A stretch of 64,000 bases of DNA from Lytechinus pictus. Lineage: Eukaryota. Shown in pieces: positions 1-13,189 of the stretch. Numbering within the stretch: position 1 is the first letter of the stretch; every line of letters starts with the position of its first letter. Under the pieces are notes generated by a model. That model did not search any database. It was not told the origin of the DNA and saw nothing but the letters and a program-made list of their open reading frames with translations. Location of the stretch: assembly GCF_037042905.1 (NCBI RefSeq), contig NC_087251.1:33420001-33484000 (forward strand). Reading direction: 5' to 3'. The position numbers and the translations under genes are program-made.

Positions 1-732
1 TGTGGTGAACAGTCTTTTTTATTTCTCCACTCACTAAAGTCTATAATTTTCCTGCATTATGTATGGATTTGACACATTTTAGCCAATTAAGAATTCCTTC
101 TCTGGCATCATACAGTTTTTGTACATAGAAAATAAACCACGACCCTATAATGCAAAATTTAGTTCTTGATCGCAGGGCTGATTTTTACACTTGTAATAAA
201 TGTAGCCTTTAATCAAGATGGAGGATGTTGCTCTTTGTTGCCTTGCCTCTATGGGTCTGATGCTGTTGTGCGAAAACATCATCAATATGTATGATGCAGA
301 AGACGATATACATTGGCTGCTTTGGCAGTGGTTGGTTGCAGCGACCACTTATACACTCCTGTCTTGCAAAATAATTATGTCATCCATGAATGTGGCAGTT
401 TTACCTAACAAAAAACCTGCACCGAATCTCGGTCAATGAAAGGCTGGAATGAATAGGTGGTGGCTGCTTCTAAGCCACTGCATATTTCTTATGTTGAGCA
501 AAACAGCAAAAATAAGCTGCGATCTCCATTTAGATACACTAGCTACGCTTGTAAAAGTTTTGTGTTTACTCATAAAGCTTTGTGTTACCAGATGCATTTC
601 CAAAAGGCTTCTTTACTATTACGATTAATCAATAAATAAATATTGCTTTTATAAGTGTTTTATATATCACACAGCATATTATCATTTATCATTTCATTAA
701 CTACTCTGTATTTTTGTTTCATTTTTCTGCAG

Positions 733-863
733 CCATTACAACAAGGGCAAGAATGCTAGAAGAGGAACGAACAGATTCCAAACTCCTGGTTATCTTGACA
801 AATGTGAAGGACAGAGGCTAAAGGAAATGATGAAGGCAATGAAAGCACTGGTCAAATCACAAA
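733..863 (+). pseudogene. Exon of a probable death-domain gene remnant (upstream exons not identified)
   Basis: Polypyrimidine tract with CAG acceptor ending at 732 and GTAAGT donor at 864. One frame is open: HYNKGKNARRGTNRFQTPGYLDKCEGQRLKEMMKAMKALVKSQ. It joins in phase 1 to the exon at 5391. Confidence 0.5.
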
Positions 864-2036
864 GTAAGTCAAGAGTATACATCGTATAATAAGCTATACC
901 TGTTATCTACCCAGCAAGCTTGATTACCCGGCATTAACCATGATTCTTTGGGCAACCAATTTTCTGATTCAGCAATAGTCTTTGCACAGCAAACTTTGGG
1001 TGTAGGAATTTATCCTTGTATAGGTGTTTTGGGAGGTAACTCACCCTATTTGCACATGAATAACACCAGGCAGAATCTCAAATTAAGCACTTATACTTGT
1101 ATGCTCTCAAATATATATTGGTTGTACACAAGCACAACTACCGGGGTATATCAAATGTACATCGGGGGGGGGGGGGGAGGTTGATGGGGATGGCACTCTC
1201 ACTACAAGATGGACACCATGCTGAAACACACACACACACAAAGTTATTTTTTATGGTCGGGCAATGTCAATGGTCAATGTACTGTGATTCCTTGGTACAG
1301 TGAAATAGGTAGATGGTTATTTTACCTGACTGTATGGAAAGTATGAATGCTTTGCTACCAGAGGACCAACGGCTTTAGGTCCTCTGCGGGGGGAAATGGT
1401 ACATTCTTTTAAACTGCTTGGATGCGTGTGTGAAGGCAAGAAATTTTCAAGAAAGATTGAAGTCATAGTGAATAAGAAATTAAGTAATGCAGCTCGCCAT
1501 TTCTAAAGTGGTACAAAATAATAATTATAGGTGTATTTAGTGCATATCGTCTTTGATGGTGCTTTGTGAGGATGGTAGTTTCATGAGAAAAGTGACTTGC
1601 AAACTCGCCCCTCTTAATTGACAATTCCTGTCTCTTTTAAAGATATCCAGGAAGAGCAGTGGCTGTCAAGAAAAACAACAGTAGAATAACATTAAAACAT
1701 ATATGATTTATTATAGGGGCAGCGCTAGGGGGCAGGGGATGCCCACTCCCTTTGATTTATCAAGTAGTGGCAAAATGGTATAATGAAGAAAAAGAAAGAG
1801 AGAAGAGTATAAAAATGAATGATCTGCAAAATATGAAAATTATATTAATTTGTTAAAGCAAATTTGTTAATGGTTTATGGACATAATAACATCTTAGAAA
1901 AATTAAGAACACCTGAAGGACAGGAATTAGATGATAGTAGAGATTGTGATAGTAGAAGAAAGAATCCAACATAAGGAAGAAAAAATATATACTAGAAACA
2001 GAAGGAAGAACTGTATAAGAGTAGGGAGTTCGGTGA

Positions 2037-2370
2037 CTTTTTGAAATCTTGAAGAATCCCAACAAATTTGATATCATTGGAAAGCTTGTGAAATAAGAAA
2101 AATAATGGTGCTTCATTCAACTCATTGTCTGATATATTGACGGAGATATTCCAACTTACAGGTGAAAATATGCAGATTTCGTTCTGTCAAAAAAAAAATA
2201 TTAAAGGCTTGTTTGAGTGGGGGAGACAGTTGCTTTTTGAAATCTTGAAGGAATCCCAACAAATTTGGTACCATTGGAAAGCTTGTGAAATAAGAAAAAG
2301 AATGGTGCATAAATCATGATGTCAAATATTGACAGAGATATTTCTGTTTAAACGGGAGAATGTGCAGATT
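2037..2370. repeat. Diverged tandem duplication, period ~196 bp
   Basis: The motif tttttgaaatcttgaag..atcccaacaaatttg..cattggaaagcttgtgaaataagaaaa occurs at ~2037 and ~2234. Confidence 0.85.
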
Positions 2371-2698
2371 TTTTTTACAGCAAAAAGTAGATTTTCATAA
2401 CTTACACAAAATGCAATGAATGGGACTGTGTAATGCTTTTTTTTTAAGTGCAATGCGCTGCTATGCGGGGCAAGGCATGCCCTTGAATTATACATCATTT
2501 TATTCATAAAACTTTAAAGTTTCTCATGGTATAGGTTTCTATAGGGTTTTTCCTCCTCCTTTAATGGCTTCATATTTGTTTTACACATGGGTGCACAGAC
2601 AGATACAAATTCTGAAAGTGGCATTTTCACCGAACTCCCTAATAAGAGACATGTTTGAACAAAAAAAATATTTCAGTAAAACTGATGAAATGAAAAAG

Positions 2699-2762
2699 AA
2701 AAAAAAAAGCTGATATGTGTAAGCATGATATTTCATGCTTACACATATCAGCTTTTTTTTTT
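2699..2762. repeat. Perfect palindrome, 30-bp arms with 4-nt spacer
   Basis: A10-gctgatatgtgtaagcatga / tatt / tcatgcttacacatatcagc-T10. Confidence 0.95.
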
Positions 2763-3260
2763 AGCTACCTAGAGTATTATAGAGTATTAAGATTTGGTTT
2801 GGAAAAAAAAGAGGGCAGAATGAAAAAAAGAGGGAAGGGGAAGGCAAGAAATATTTTGCTCTCTGAAAAATCACTGGCATAAAGATGGGGGGCATAGACC
2901 CTCCCCCCCCCCAAAAAAAAAATAATAATAATAAATAAATTTAAAAAAAAAAATAAGAAAATCAATACCAAAATGAGAAAATGAAAGAAAAAACACTGGA
3001 TTATATTATTTTCTGAAAATTATGTCAAAATCTATCACAAAATTAGATATTAAAAATGTCAAAGTTTTGCTCCCTTGCTTAGCTCACTCACAGGTTTTTT
3101 TAAAAGAAATTTTGCTCTAAACATCATGCCTGACCCCTCAAGTTCTTTTAGCTCATTACGCCACTGGGAAAAATAAATGTGCATGTAGAATATTACAATG
3201 AAAAAGAGATGAAAAACCAGGGGTAAGAAAATGGGAAAGGGGGATTACCCATTATGTGAT

Positions 3261-3467
3261 TAAGAGCTACCAACTTGTACTGATTTCAGCAGTTGGTACT
3301 TAAAAATGAGAAAAATAATGATGGTTTCATGCAAAATACTGACTTCTCTAATGTTTCAGTTTTATGTGTTTTGTGGTATTTCTCTGAAAATACTGAATTC
3401 CTCACCAAAATACGGATTTTCAACTTTTAAAATACTGAAATGTTCTTGTTCAGGTTGGTAGCTCTTA
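3261..3467. mobile_element. MITE with 14-bp terminal inverted repeats
   Basis: taagagctaccaac (3261-3274) and gttggtagctctta (3454-3467), with internal aatactga subrepeats. Confidence 0.7.
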
Positions 3468-3618
3468 TGATTGCATTACTCCAAGAACCCGTTAAAGCTT
3501 TCCTGTCCAACAACAAACAAGTGGGCGAAATAAAAAAGTTTGCTAAGGACGCCATGAGACTTCTTAATACTTAATTAGTTCTGTCGGTAGTAGCCAGTGA
3601 GTAAGCAATCAAATTAAA

Positions 3619-3815
3619 CCCTTTGCGTGCTGATGTTGCAATCTTGCACATTCGTACAATTACATTCAACAATCGTAATATTAATTAGTTTTCTCCCCTA
3701 CTTTCAAATTGGAGAATGAAAGGTAATAGTTTTTGGTTAACATCTATATAACTATCAATGGTGCAGTATACAGTTGTCATTATTATCCCCCAAAATTAAT
3801 TCAGCGTGCAAAGAG
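3619..3815. mobile_element. piggyBac-type MITE
   Basis: Imperfect TIRs ccctttgcgtgctga ... tcagcgtgcaaagag, flanked by TTAA at 3614-3617 and 3816-3819. Confidence 0.6.
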
Positions 3816-4339
3816 TTAATCAAGCATAAGGTATCTCAGCAGCAACAGTTTAACAAAACACTGATTGGTTATGAATGCAGTAGAACAGACCCCCTTCTTG
3901 ACAGCCATGCTGCATTGAGCTTCACAATATTTACGGCGCTCAGAGTTGGACTTTGACGGGTTATTAAATGGCATTCAAGGCAGTGACACAATCATCCTCC
4001 TGAACAACTTACAGATTAGGCAATGTAATTTCAAGTGATGGATGATTTCAGTTGGTGGAAACAATTGGGAGAAATTGGTCGCTAAAAAGATGGAAAAATT
4101 TATGTATACGTTGAAACAAACTTTATGCCTTAATATTCAGATATTTATGCAAATTTGAAAACCAGATACCGCAGTTATCAAGTGACTTGTGAGACGCTTT
4201 TGATGATATTGGTGCAAATCCTCAAAAATTAAAGATAACTCAAAAGTGTCTTGGTGTAGTCTTCTTGTAGTACATCTGCACCAGTGCAACCTTCTATTTA
4301 TTTCCTGTAAACATATGTCACATTACAATGAATGTTTTT

Positions 4340-5337
4340 GTCTCGCCTGCATAGCAGAGCGAGACTATAGGCGCCGCTTTTCCGACGGCGGCGGCGGCGT
4401 CAACATCAAATCTTAACCTAAGGTTAAGTTTTTGAAATGACATCATAACTTAGAAAGTATATGGATCTAGTTCATGAAACTTGGACATAAGGTTAATCAA
4501 GTATTACTGAATATCCTGCCCGAGTTTCAGGTCACATGACTAAGGTCAAAGGTCATTTAGGGTCAATGAACTTAGACCATGTTGGGAGAATTATTTTCAA
4601 AATCTTAACCGAAGGTTAAGTTTTTTAAATGACATCATAACTAGAAAGTATATGGACCTAGTTCATGAAACTTGGACATAAGGTTAATCAAGTATTATTG
4701 AACATCCTGACTGAGTTTCAGGTCACATGACCAAGGTCAAAGGTCATTTAGGGTCAATGAACTTTGGTCAAATTGGGGGTATTTGTTGAATTACCTTCAT
4801 AACTTTGAAAATTTATGGATCTTGTTCATGAAACTTGGACGTTAGGTTAATCAAGTACCACTGAACATCCTGTACGAGTTTCAGGTCACATGACCATGGT
4901 CAAAGGTCATTTAAGGTCAATGAACTTTGGCCGTGTTGGGAGTATTTGTTGAATTACCATCCTAACTCTGAAGGTTATGGATCTATTTCATAAAACTTGG
5001 GATATAAGAGTAATCAAGTATCACTGAACATCCCCTGTGAGTTTCAGGTCTCAAAGGTCAGTTAAGGTCAATAAACTTAGGCCATGTTGGGGTAATTGTT
5101 GAATTGCCATCATAACTTTGAAAGTTTATGGATAGAGTGAATGAAAGGTTGACATGGGTGTAGTTGAAAGGTCTTAAGTCACCGTTCAAATGTCATCTAT
5201 GGTCAATGAACGTGGTATTATGTCATTATATGAATGGTGTTTTTGTGAATGATTATTGTATAGTAGTTTTCAAAGTTAGCACTGCTGCTATATTAAATCG
5301 CTTAATGCAGGCGAGACTGCCAGCAGCGTTCCACTTG
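4340..5337 (+). mobile_element. Helentron-associated (HINE/DINE-1-like) non-autonomous element with an internal array of ~150-190 bp tandem repeats
   Basis: 5' gtctcgcctgcat with adjacent inverted copy gcgagac and a (ggc)n tract. About 5 tandem units start near 4441, 4633, 4798, 4958 and 5108. The 3' subterminal inverted repeat is atgcaggcgagac (5305-5317). T-runs flank both ends. Confidence 0.8.
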
Positions 5338-5390
5338 TTTTTAAAGGCAATGCTAGAATAATGATTTCGTCTTTCACTTTACACTTACAG

Positions 5391-5679
5391 TCATGTCACT
5401 CGGTGTACAATATGGATATGCCCTATCTGATGTTAACCGCCTGCCAAGCACAAATGAGAGAGATAATCTACCATGGAAAAGGACAGGACACCAATCTTGA
5501 AACCTTCATCTACTTGAAATGTCTGGTATGAGCAGTTACAGGTATTTACATGACGTAGGATCAAACATTACCAACTGCCTACGATGATGACTGCCTGGAC
5601 TGGAGAAAGCTTGGAGCACAAAAGGATTCTGATCATGGCCATCCAGCGAAGATGCCCTTGCTTATCTGTTGTATCCTGA
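5391..5679 (+). pseudogene. Degenerate death-domain-like exon
   Basis: CAG acceptor ends at 5390. Reads IMSLGVQYGYALSDVNRLPSTNERDN, like death-domain helices 2-3, then TGA at 5498-5500. A later frame gives TMMTAWTGESLEHKRILIMAIQRRCPCL, like the C-terminal helices. Frameshifts and stops imply decay. Confidence 0.45.
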
Positions 5680-5731
5680 TATATAAATCTTGTATTTATT
5701 TCTTTTTTTACCAGAGCTGATGACAGTTTTT

Positions 5732-6055
5732 ATCTCGCCTGCATAGCACAAACGAGACAAATGTGCCTTTGAATGAGAATTTAGATTTTGTTCATTTTTT
5801 CAAAATTATTTATTCAAATTAAATTAAGCTTTATGGTTATTGGTTATAAAGAATGGTATGAAATTAAACACAACTTTCTTAGTCATGGTCAAAGGCCATT
5901 TTTAGGGTTGAAATAAACTTTGGATTTTATTATCAGATTAATTTATGTTCTCTCATTGAAAAAAATTCAACTTACATGAAAGGCTTTTCATAGGCAGCAC
6001 TATTGCTATATTGAATAACATGAGGCAGGCGAGACTGCCGGGGGCGTTCCATTTG
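5732..6055 (+). mobile_element. Short, older copy of the same HINE-type family
   Basis: Same termini as 4340-5337 (tctcgcctgcatagca ... gcaggcgagactgcc..gcgttcca.ttg) with a single eroded internal unit. Confidence 0.75.
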
Positions 6056-8639
6056 ATAAACCAAAACAAATGTAAACAAGTGCAAATTTTTTTTTCTTTT
6101 ATTTTTTCCACATGTCTATTTGATACAAAAAAATTACGTCCTGTCAATCAAATTGAACGAAACAAATGTCAGTTAAAACTGTAATATGCAAAACATTTTC
6201 ATTACCAAATATGTGACTTTACGTACATTCGCTACACATGAACCCCTTTTTTTAAATGTGTTTTATGTTGACTTTTTTGTAGCTGCAAGGGGCAGGTCCA
6301 AGCTATTCTCTTTGCCTACAGTCCATAGTATCTTACGTAACCAATGTGTCATTAGTGAATGCATACTATGTAGGGGGTGGTTATTTGGAGTAAAACAAAT
6401 AATTTGTGCTTAAGGTTAGGAATGATTTGCATATGGTGTAGGCTTTGGGTGTTGTAAAAAAAGCCTTGTGGATATTTGTTGAATTAACTTTGTTTGCAAC
6501 GTTCTCTTGAAGAAGTTAGTATTTGGGTTAATTTTGTGTTGACAATTCTGCAAAAGTGGATCCAAAGGTTTTCCAGAGTTTTTGCCTATTGTGTTTTATC
6601 TCTGGTTTTTTACCCTGGATCTACTTGTCGTAGAATTGTTTGACACAAAGACCCAACCCCCCGGGAAAAAATAAGATACTGTGAATAGTACCTTAATACA
6701 TATTTATTTCCCATTAATATTATTAATATGTTCTGTACAATTTTGACAGTTACTTCACCAAAATTTTTTATAATGTAAACATTTTCAATTTCAATTGCTA
6801 AAGAGGAGACAAAGGGTATTTCAAGTGCACGGGGAATTTGATGTTATCAATCTTTAACTTTTTTTTTTTTTATTTAGGCCTATCGGCAACAAGCAAAGTT
6901 GTTTACTAACCAATTTGGTCAATTATTTTTAATTTTTATTTGACAATTTCTTTTTAGTATCTTCTGCAAATAAAATATCATATTTCAGAAGTAAATTCCT
7001 CACAAAAAAATACATCTTTCAGGTTTGACGGATGATATATTCTTGTCACTGAACTATAGAAATGGAAGTTGGAATTTTACAATGAGGTGTCGTCTGCTTT
7101 GATTATGTAATCACGGAATGTGCAGCCACCCTGAATAGGATAAAGTCGGAAGTTAATTTAAAATGACTTGTTTTCTACATGAACTCTCCATTTCATTTGA
7201 ATATTGTGGTTTAAAATTACCCAGGTGATTTGGAATTTGTGTGAAGTATAAGCTTCGCAAATCTTCAATTTCGAGAAGCGACAAAACCAATTCTTCTAAG
7301 TTGTTTAACAACAAATGACAGATTGTTTATGCTGGCAGGGTCTAACATTATTATCCGCAACAAATTCAATGCGACAAATGCGTTATGCAATGAGATTGAG
7401 AATGCACCATATGTGGACTCTCACACATCTACACCATTCAAACCCAATCCAGCCTTCATTTCATTTTTACATGGATGTTTTTTTACTCGGACTGCACATT
7501 CCACGGTTACATTAAGATAGCAAATTACATACCACTGCAAAGGGGAATAATGACACTTATAATAATCTCAGATTTACATTATAATGATTAGGAGGCAATA
7601 AGAATACCTCTCTGTAACTTAAGTTGTATAATTTTTGAGAGGGTTCATTTGATTTGTGATCAAAGACCTAATATTCAAACCATTCCATATGCAGCACCCC
7701 TGACACTGTAGTCTCAAAGCTTGTAAAGTAGTATACCGTAGTAGGTTAAATCAAGTGTTGCTTTATTCAGTGATAAAACACTTTATTAGGTGTTATTACA
7801 AAAATAGCCAGGGAAATTTCTTACCTATTTCTTTGTATTTTGGCGATTCCAAGCAAAAGTGGACATTCTCAAAAATCTTATATTGGCTCTTTTTAAATAA
7901 AGATAAAAATTTTGGATTAAAACTAATATGGAAGTTCTAAATGCAAAGGACGTTCAGCCTAAAAAAATCTGACTTTTATTACACATCTCCTTATTGGGGA
8001 ATCCAAAACGTAGAAAAATTATAAATATGTGGGACTTTTTACTTCTTTTCAATTTGACATCAAGCTATTGTGTTTTTCGTCAAATTTTCATTTGGATAAT
8101 CTGAAGTCCATCATTTTACATCAAATGAAAAAGAAATATGCAAACATAAGTCATAAAACATCAAATTTATGGTGCTGGTCTGAAGGACAAAGTGTAATGC
8201 AAGTGATTCTCAGTATACAAACTTGACAGAATGTGTCACCTTTGTAAAACTGACAGCATTAAGTATAGATTCATAAAAGTCTAATGCAACTGACCATGGA
8301 TTCGCCCATTTCTAATTTTCTGTAGGATTGGTAATCAATATAAACAGCCTAGAATACCTTATTTCAATCTTTGGAAGCAAACGTAACATAATAATACATT
8401 TATGAAATTTTAGCTATTAACACTATTTAAAATGTATTTGTACATTTCAATAATATTTTTGTGCAATTCATACGTTTCATAACACTTATATGCAACTTGC
8501 ACCATTATTTTGACGTCCTTTTATATTTGCAGTTATTCTGACAGATTTATGTCTGCATGCAGTTATAGCGACACTGTTTCAAAGTTACTGAAAAATCCAT
8601 TCAACAAAATAGTTTTCCTGGTATCTCACGTGTAATACA

Positions 8640-9722
8640 TGTATTATGAAACATGCGAATTTGGGGTCTGGGATGCACTTACGAAATGATGACTTTGACA
8701 CCCTGTGTGTGTGGATGTTGCCAGTTCGGTATCAGAAGTTGCTAGAGACTAAAAAAAAGAAGGGCATAAAAAATATCCTGCCTGCTTTCAAGGGTCAAAT
8801 CAATGTAAAGCCTGTCTGTGTTTATTTTTAATTGACATCAGAATTATGAATTCAACCTTCATAATTCCTGACAAAGGTTTATAGGTGAAATAATGCTTTT
8901 TATAACGTATACATTATCTTGGAAGTGTTTATTGGATGATTTTTATATGAGTGAGGAACTGATTAGATTATTTTGGTCACAAGGTCAAAGGTCATGGAGG
9001 TCATTATTTGAAATTGTAGAAGTAAGGTCTTTGATACAGGCCTATTCTTGCTCTGACAATGGCAGAGGCATAGATTTGGTTATGTGCAGTTGATAATCGA
9101 TCTAATTTCAATCTTGTTTTTATTGATAGGCATAGGGTTGAAAAAATTGTCTTTATTTTATCAGATTATTTTAGATGTTTTGAAAGTTTATGACACTGGC
9201 AATTTAATTCTGGGAAGTGTTTCACAAATCGATAAATCAAATTTAAAGTCATGCTTAATTGTTATAGCGCATATGATACTTCATGCGCAGTCTCATTAAT
9301 TCATATGCAGTACAGTGCTTCCTACACGGAAGTGGATATTTGAGAAATGTTGAAGTCTTAAGATCTTTGTGAAACACTCTGTCTCTTACGTCACATGTAA
9401 TGTCAGATAGATTGGACCTGCCCTACACTGTACAATTGTATTATGTACTTGCTTTGTATTCATGATTCTCTTGTTCTTTCTTGAAAACAATGTAAGACCA
9501 GCAGCCGAGAAGACTCATTCAAGTTGGAGGACCATAGCAGTTGACCTATTTGATCGATGGAGTAACCCTGACACCTCACAAATGTGGCTTCCTGTCTAGT
9601 TTGAGCTGGGGTCTTCCTGCCAGAATCACACAATTGGTGACATTACTACAAAGAGGTCTATTTTTCAGTGTGCAGAGAAGGACACTGGACACTGTTGTGC
9701 ATGGTATACAGCATCCATAATG
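8640..9722 (+). pseudogene. Degraded Ulp1/C48-protease-like coding remnants, probably from a DNA transposon
   Basis: KEVYFSVCREGHWTLLCMV at ~9650-9710 resembles the Ulp1 catalytic His motif (xxPxxxxxHWxLx). HLRNDDFDTL (~8676) resembles the Ulp1 N-terminal LxxxDxxTL. Stops and frameshifts are present. Confidence 0.35.
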
Positions 9723-10759
9723 TGAGTGCTTTATTTCTGATCTTAATTATATTTTGTGTAGCCTAGAGTATGCAAGACAATGCCATGGGTTTTCCAGAAA
9801 TTATTATCATAAAATTTATTGTGCAGCGGTTTCAATCTTTGGCATCAAATCCTTTCATAAAAATCTATCAATACAATATTCCTCAAGGTAATTTTTATAA
9901 AAATGTTGGGACTTATGCAAAATCCCCATTTCTCGTTCTCTTTTTTTTTATTGACTTTAACCCCTTCTTACCGTTTAAACTGATCCCCACTTCTTTATTG
10001 TTATGTGTCTCTATTTGTTGATCTTTATTGCCGTCTCTATATTTTCATTTGTACATCTAGCCATTTCCTTTCTTATTCCCCAATCCTCTTTCTTCCTCAT
10101 TACTCCACCGTTCTCCCCTCATGTTTCATTTTCCCCTCTCCTTTCACCTCCACAAAACTTTCATTATCTGTTGATCCATTGATTGTCGTCTTCTATATAT
10201 ATATATATACCTCCCTGTACTATTTGCTCAAGCTGCTGCTCTAAAGTCATCTTTGTTTCACACCATTGCAACGTAAAATCTAACATGACTGATGTAATGT
10301 GTTAATAAGAAAAGAATTAATTTTAAAGGAAATTTATATATATTTATAGACTTTGATCTTTGATTGTATTTAATGAATTGCAAATCTATTCCCTTTTTCT
10401 GTACATATTTTTTGGTCAAACTAATTTTAGTTAATTTTTCAAACTTTTTGGCCCTATCCCCATTCACCATGAACCTAAATGTTTTTGAAAATGCCTAGTG
10501 TGTATCCATCATGTAAACACAGAATGAGAGAGATTTAGCCAGACCTGTGTTGGGTGATAATGATATTGTGATGAAGGTGGCTTCTCAATATCGGTTCGTC
10601 TGTCAAAATAAAACTTGAATAAAAAAAAAGATTAACACTCAACTTCGAATAACCCATTTTTATGAGGATTGTGTGCTTCAATGGGATTTTTCACAATGTG
10701 TAAGTAAAAACTGTTCCTTCAATCACTACAATACAAGTAAGTCTGGAATCTAGTTTTAG

Positions 10760-12272
10760 AAGTGCAATGTCAAATTTTGATTTCTGTCTTGCCAGCAAGT
10801 GCTGTTTACTTTTCAAGCCATTGTGCAAGAATCTTGCCCTCTGTAGTGTTTCTTGTTGGCCCTAATCCATATTTTGTATTGGGCCCTCTTGCATGGTTGT
10901 CACATTTATTTGATGGAGCTGGCAAGACGGCTTTGGGGCTGAGTGGCAAGGTTGATCAAAAACCTGTTTGCACTCCAAAGAAGAGAAGGGAGAAACTGTT
11001 GACCTATGTGTGAAGAGAGCGCTGCCGACGTCCGGAGTAATGTTTCAATTGCATGTGACATATTTGTATTTGGTGTTTGAAAATCTGGTAATGTTGTGAT
11101 TATCCTCAAGTACTCTCTGGCCAAGAGGAATAGTGTTCTTTTCATCCTGTGTGTTGGTATCCAGTGCTCTTCAAAACATCATGCAAGTTGCGTATCATCT
11201 ATTAGAAAATCAAATGGCGATATCTTATGAGGGATCTGTGCCTTTGCTTGTTTTACTTATCCATGGTGCCTTACAGGTTGTCTGAATGATAATAATCATT
11301 GTATCTTTTGGTATCTCTTGCTAATCTAAGTTCTGGAATTGATCCACATTTCAGTCTGTAGGTAGGGCGGTGATCCATCAGACTTTCCTCTGGGAAAATT
11401 GTCATCCTGCGTGAATGAGAATTGCATTTATTCACTAAGCTGAATTCAAGAAGGGTTGCTGTATTTGGGAAGGCATTTGATGGAACTTAGCCTATCTGAC
11501 TGGGTTGACCAGGTCGTCTTTCATATATATACATTTTCACTGTGCTTTGAAAACTTAATTTGGTCCAAATCAGAGCTACTATTTGGACAAAAATTTGTTT
11601 AATTCAGGCATTATCTACTGTGGTCGTAAACGGTTGTGACATTGGCTACGGGAAGGAGCCAGGGTAGGATGACTCTTCGAGACCTGAGAGTTCCAACAAT
11701 GATGATCAATGAAAGATACTTGAAATTCCTTGAAGAGCCTCATCAGCAATCCACACATGGTGCCATCACTGTCATGGGGACAGAGTGAATGATTCTTCAA
11801 GACTTGACCATGGTATGGTCTTTAATTAAAGAGGCATCCCCATTTTGAAAGTTTGTGTTTGAAGATAAGGAGTGTAATTAGATGAGTTCTAGCAGATTGT
11901 TATAACAGTTTCCGTCTGGAGTTTTGGAAATTCTACTTGGTGTCATCTGTGAAATTTGATCCTCCTTCATTATCTTTTGGCTGAAAAAAGCGTTTCCTAC
12001 ATCCATTCTGGAAGGATTTTTGAAATTTTATTGGGGGCCGTCTCAAAAATTTGACATTGCGCTTCACTACTAGGGAACATGCATTGTACTGTGATGATTG
12101 TAGGTGCATTGTGGGATATAAAGTGCACTTCCTCAGGACGGGCCTATCTTGAGGGTTCGACCTGTTAGATCTAGATTCACATATCTTATCATTCTGAATG
12201 CAATAGCTTTTTCTCTCAAAATTGTGTGGATTGAAGTGATGGATACATACGCAAACCAAATTATCTGGTTCC
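10760..12272 (-). pseudogene. Decayed coding-like region of unknown origin, possibly transposon-derived
   Basis: Composition is more balanced than the flanks, with several broken 60-108 aa frames on the - strand and an acceptor-like site near 12273. CVCIHHFNPHNF weakly resembles the THAP CxxHF motif. Confidence 0.25.
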
Positions 12273-13189
12273 TTTATAATGGTGAATAAATAAAATTACC
12301 TTGAAAGGGAAACAAAAAAAGAAAGGAAAGAAAACAAACCATCAAATTAGTTCCCTGTTGGTTTATTTCTAAATATCAGCCAAAAAATGCACTGTTCAAT
12401 GCAGTTCATAGAAACTCAATTGTATATGTACAGAAAAATGTTGAATTTATTTGCAAAATTGTTAGATTTCTCATCCGCTCAGGCTACTGCTCATTTAAAA
12501 AGAATAGCCCCCCCCCCAAAAAAAAAAAGAGGAATAATTAAATAACAAATAAAATCAATTGAAAGGAAAACAATAGATGCAAAAGACAATTACAAAATGA
12601 TGGGGATTAAATAAAATTGAAAATATAAATTAAAAATATGACAATTATCAGTGATAATAATGTAAAATGAAATTATTTAGAACATTTTAAGATCAGTCAT
12701 GTTTTTAAATGCTGAAATGATGTGAAATGAAGGAATATTTGCAGATATGGGGAGCATTACATGAGGAGATAGTACAGGGAGGTATGGATCAAGAGGGCAA
12801 TTAATGGATTAACTGGATGATGAATAGAGACGACAATGGAGATTAACAGAGCGGATTCATAATGTAAAGAGGCATGGGCAACAGATCCATTGTTGCGTCT
12901 CCCCCCCCTCCCCAATACAAAAGATATTCCTCCGCACTGCCACCCATGAAGAGAGATGGGAGAAGGGGGGGGGGGTGGGGTAAATAGAAAAAAGCATTGT
13001 ATTGTCTTGCATACTCATGATTTCACAAAATATTGAGATTGAAAATAAAGCACGTACATTATAAAAGATGCGGTATACTATGCATGGCACTGTCCGGTGC
13101 CCTGCTCTGTGTACTCAGAAATAGGACTCTTTGTTAGTTTGTCATGTATTGTGTGGTTCTGTCCTGAAGACCCCCAGCTCAGATAAGGC

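Noticed and set aside
218..439. 73-aa ORF at the window start
   Set aside because: No recognisable domain or clear splice boundaries; left uncalled.
4441..5200. Regular repeat array considered as CRISPR-like
   Set aside because: Units are homologous along their whole length with no unique spacers, there are no cas genes, and the context is eukaryotic. It is a transposon-internal satellite.
11881..11940. DGNCY on the - strand as an OTU protease motif
   Set aside because: Too short, bounded by stops, and lacking other OTU motifs.
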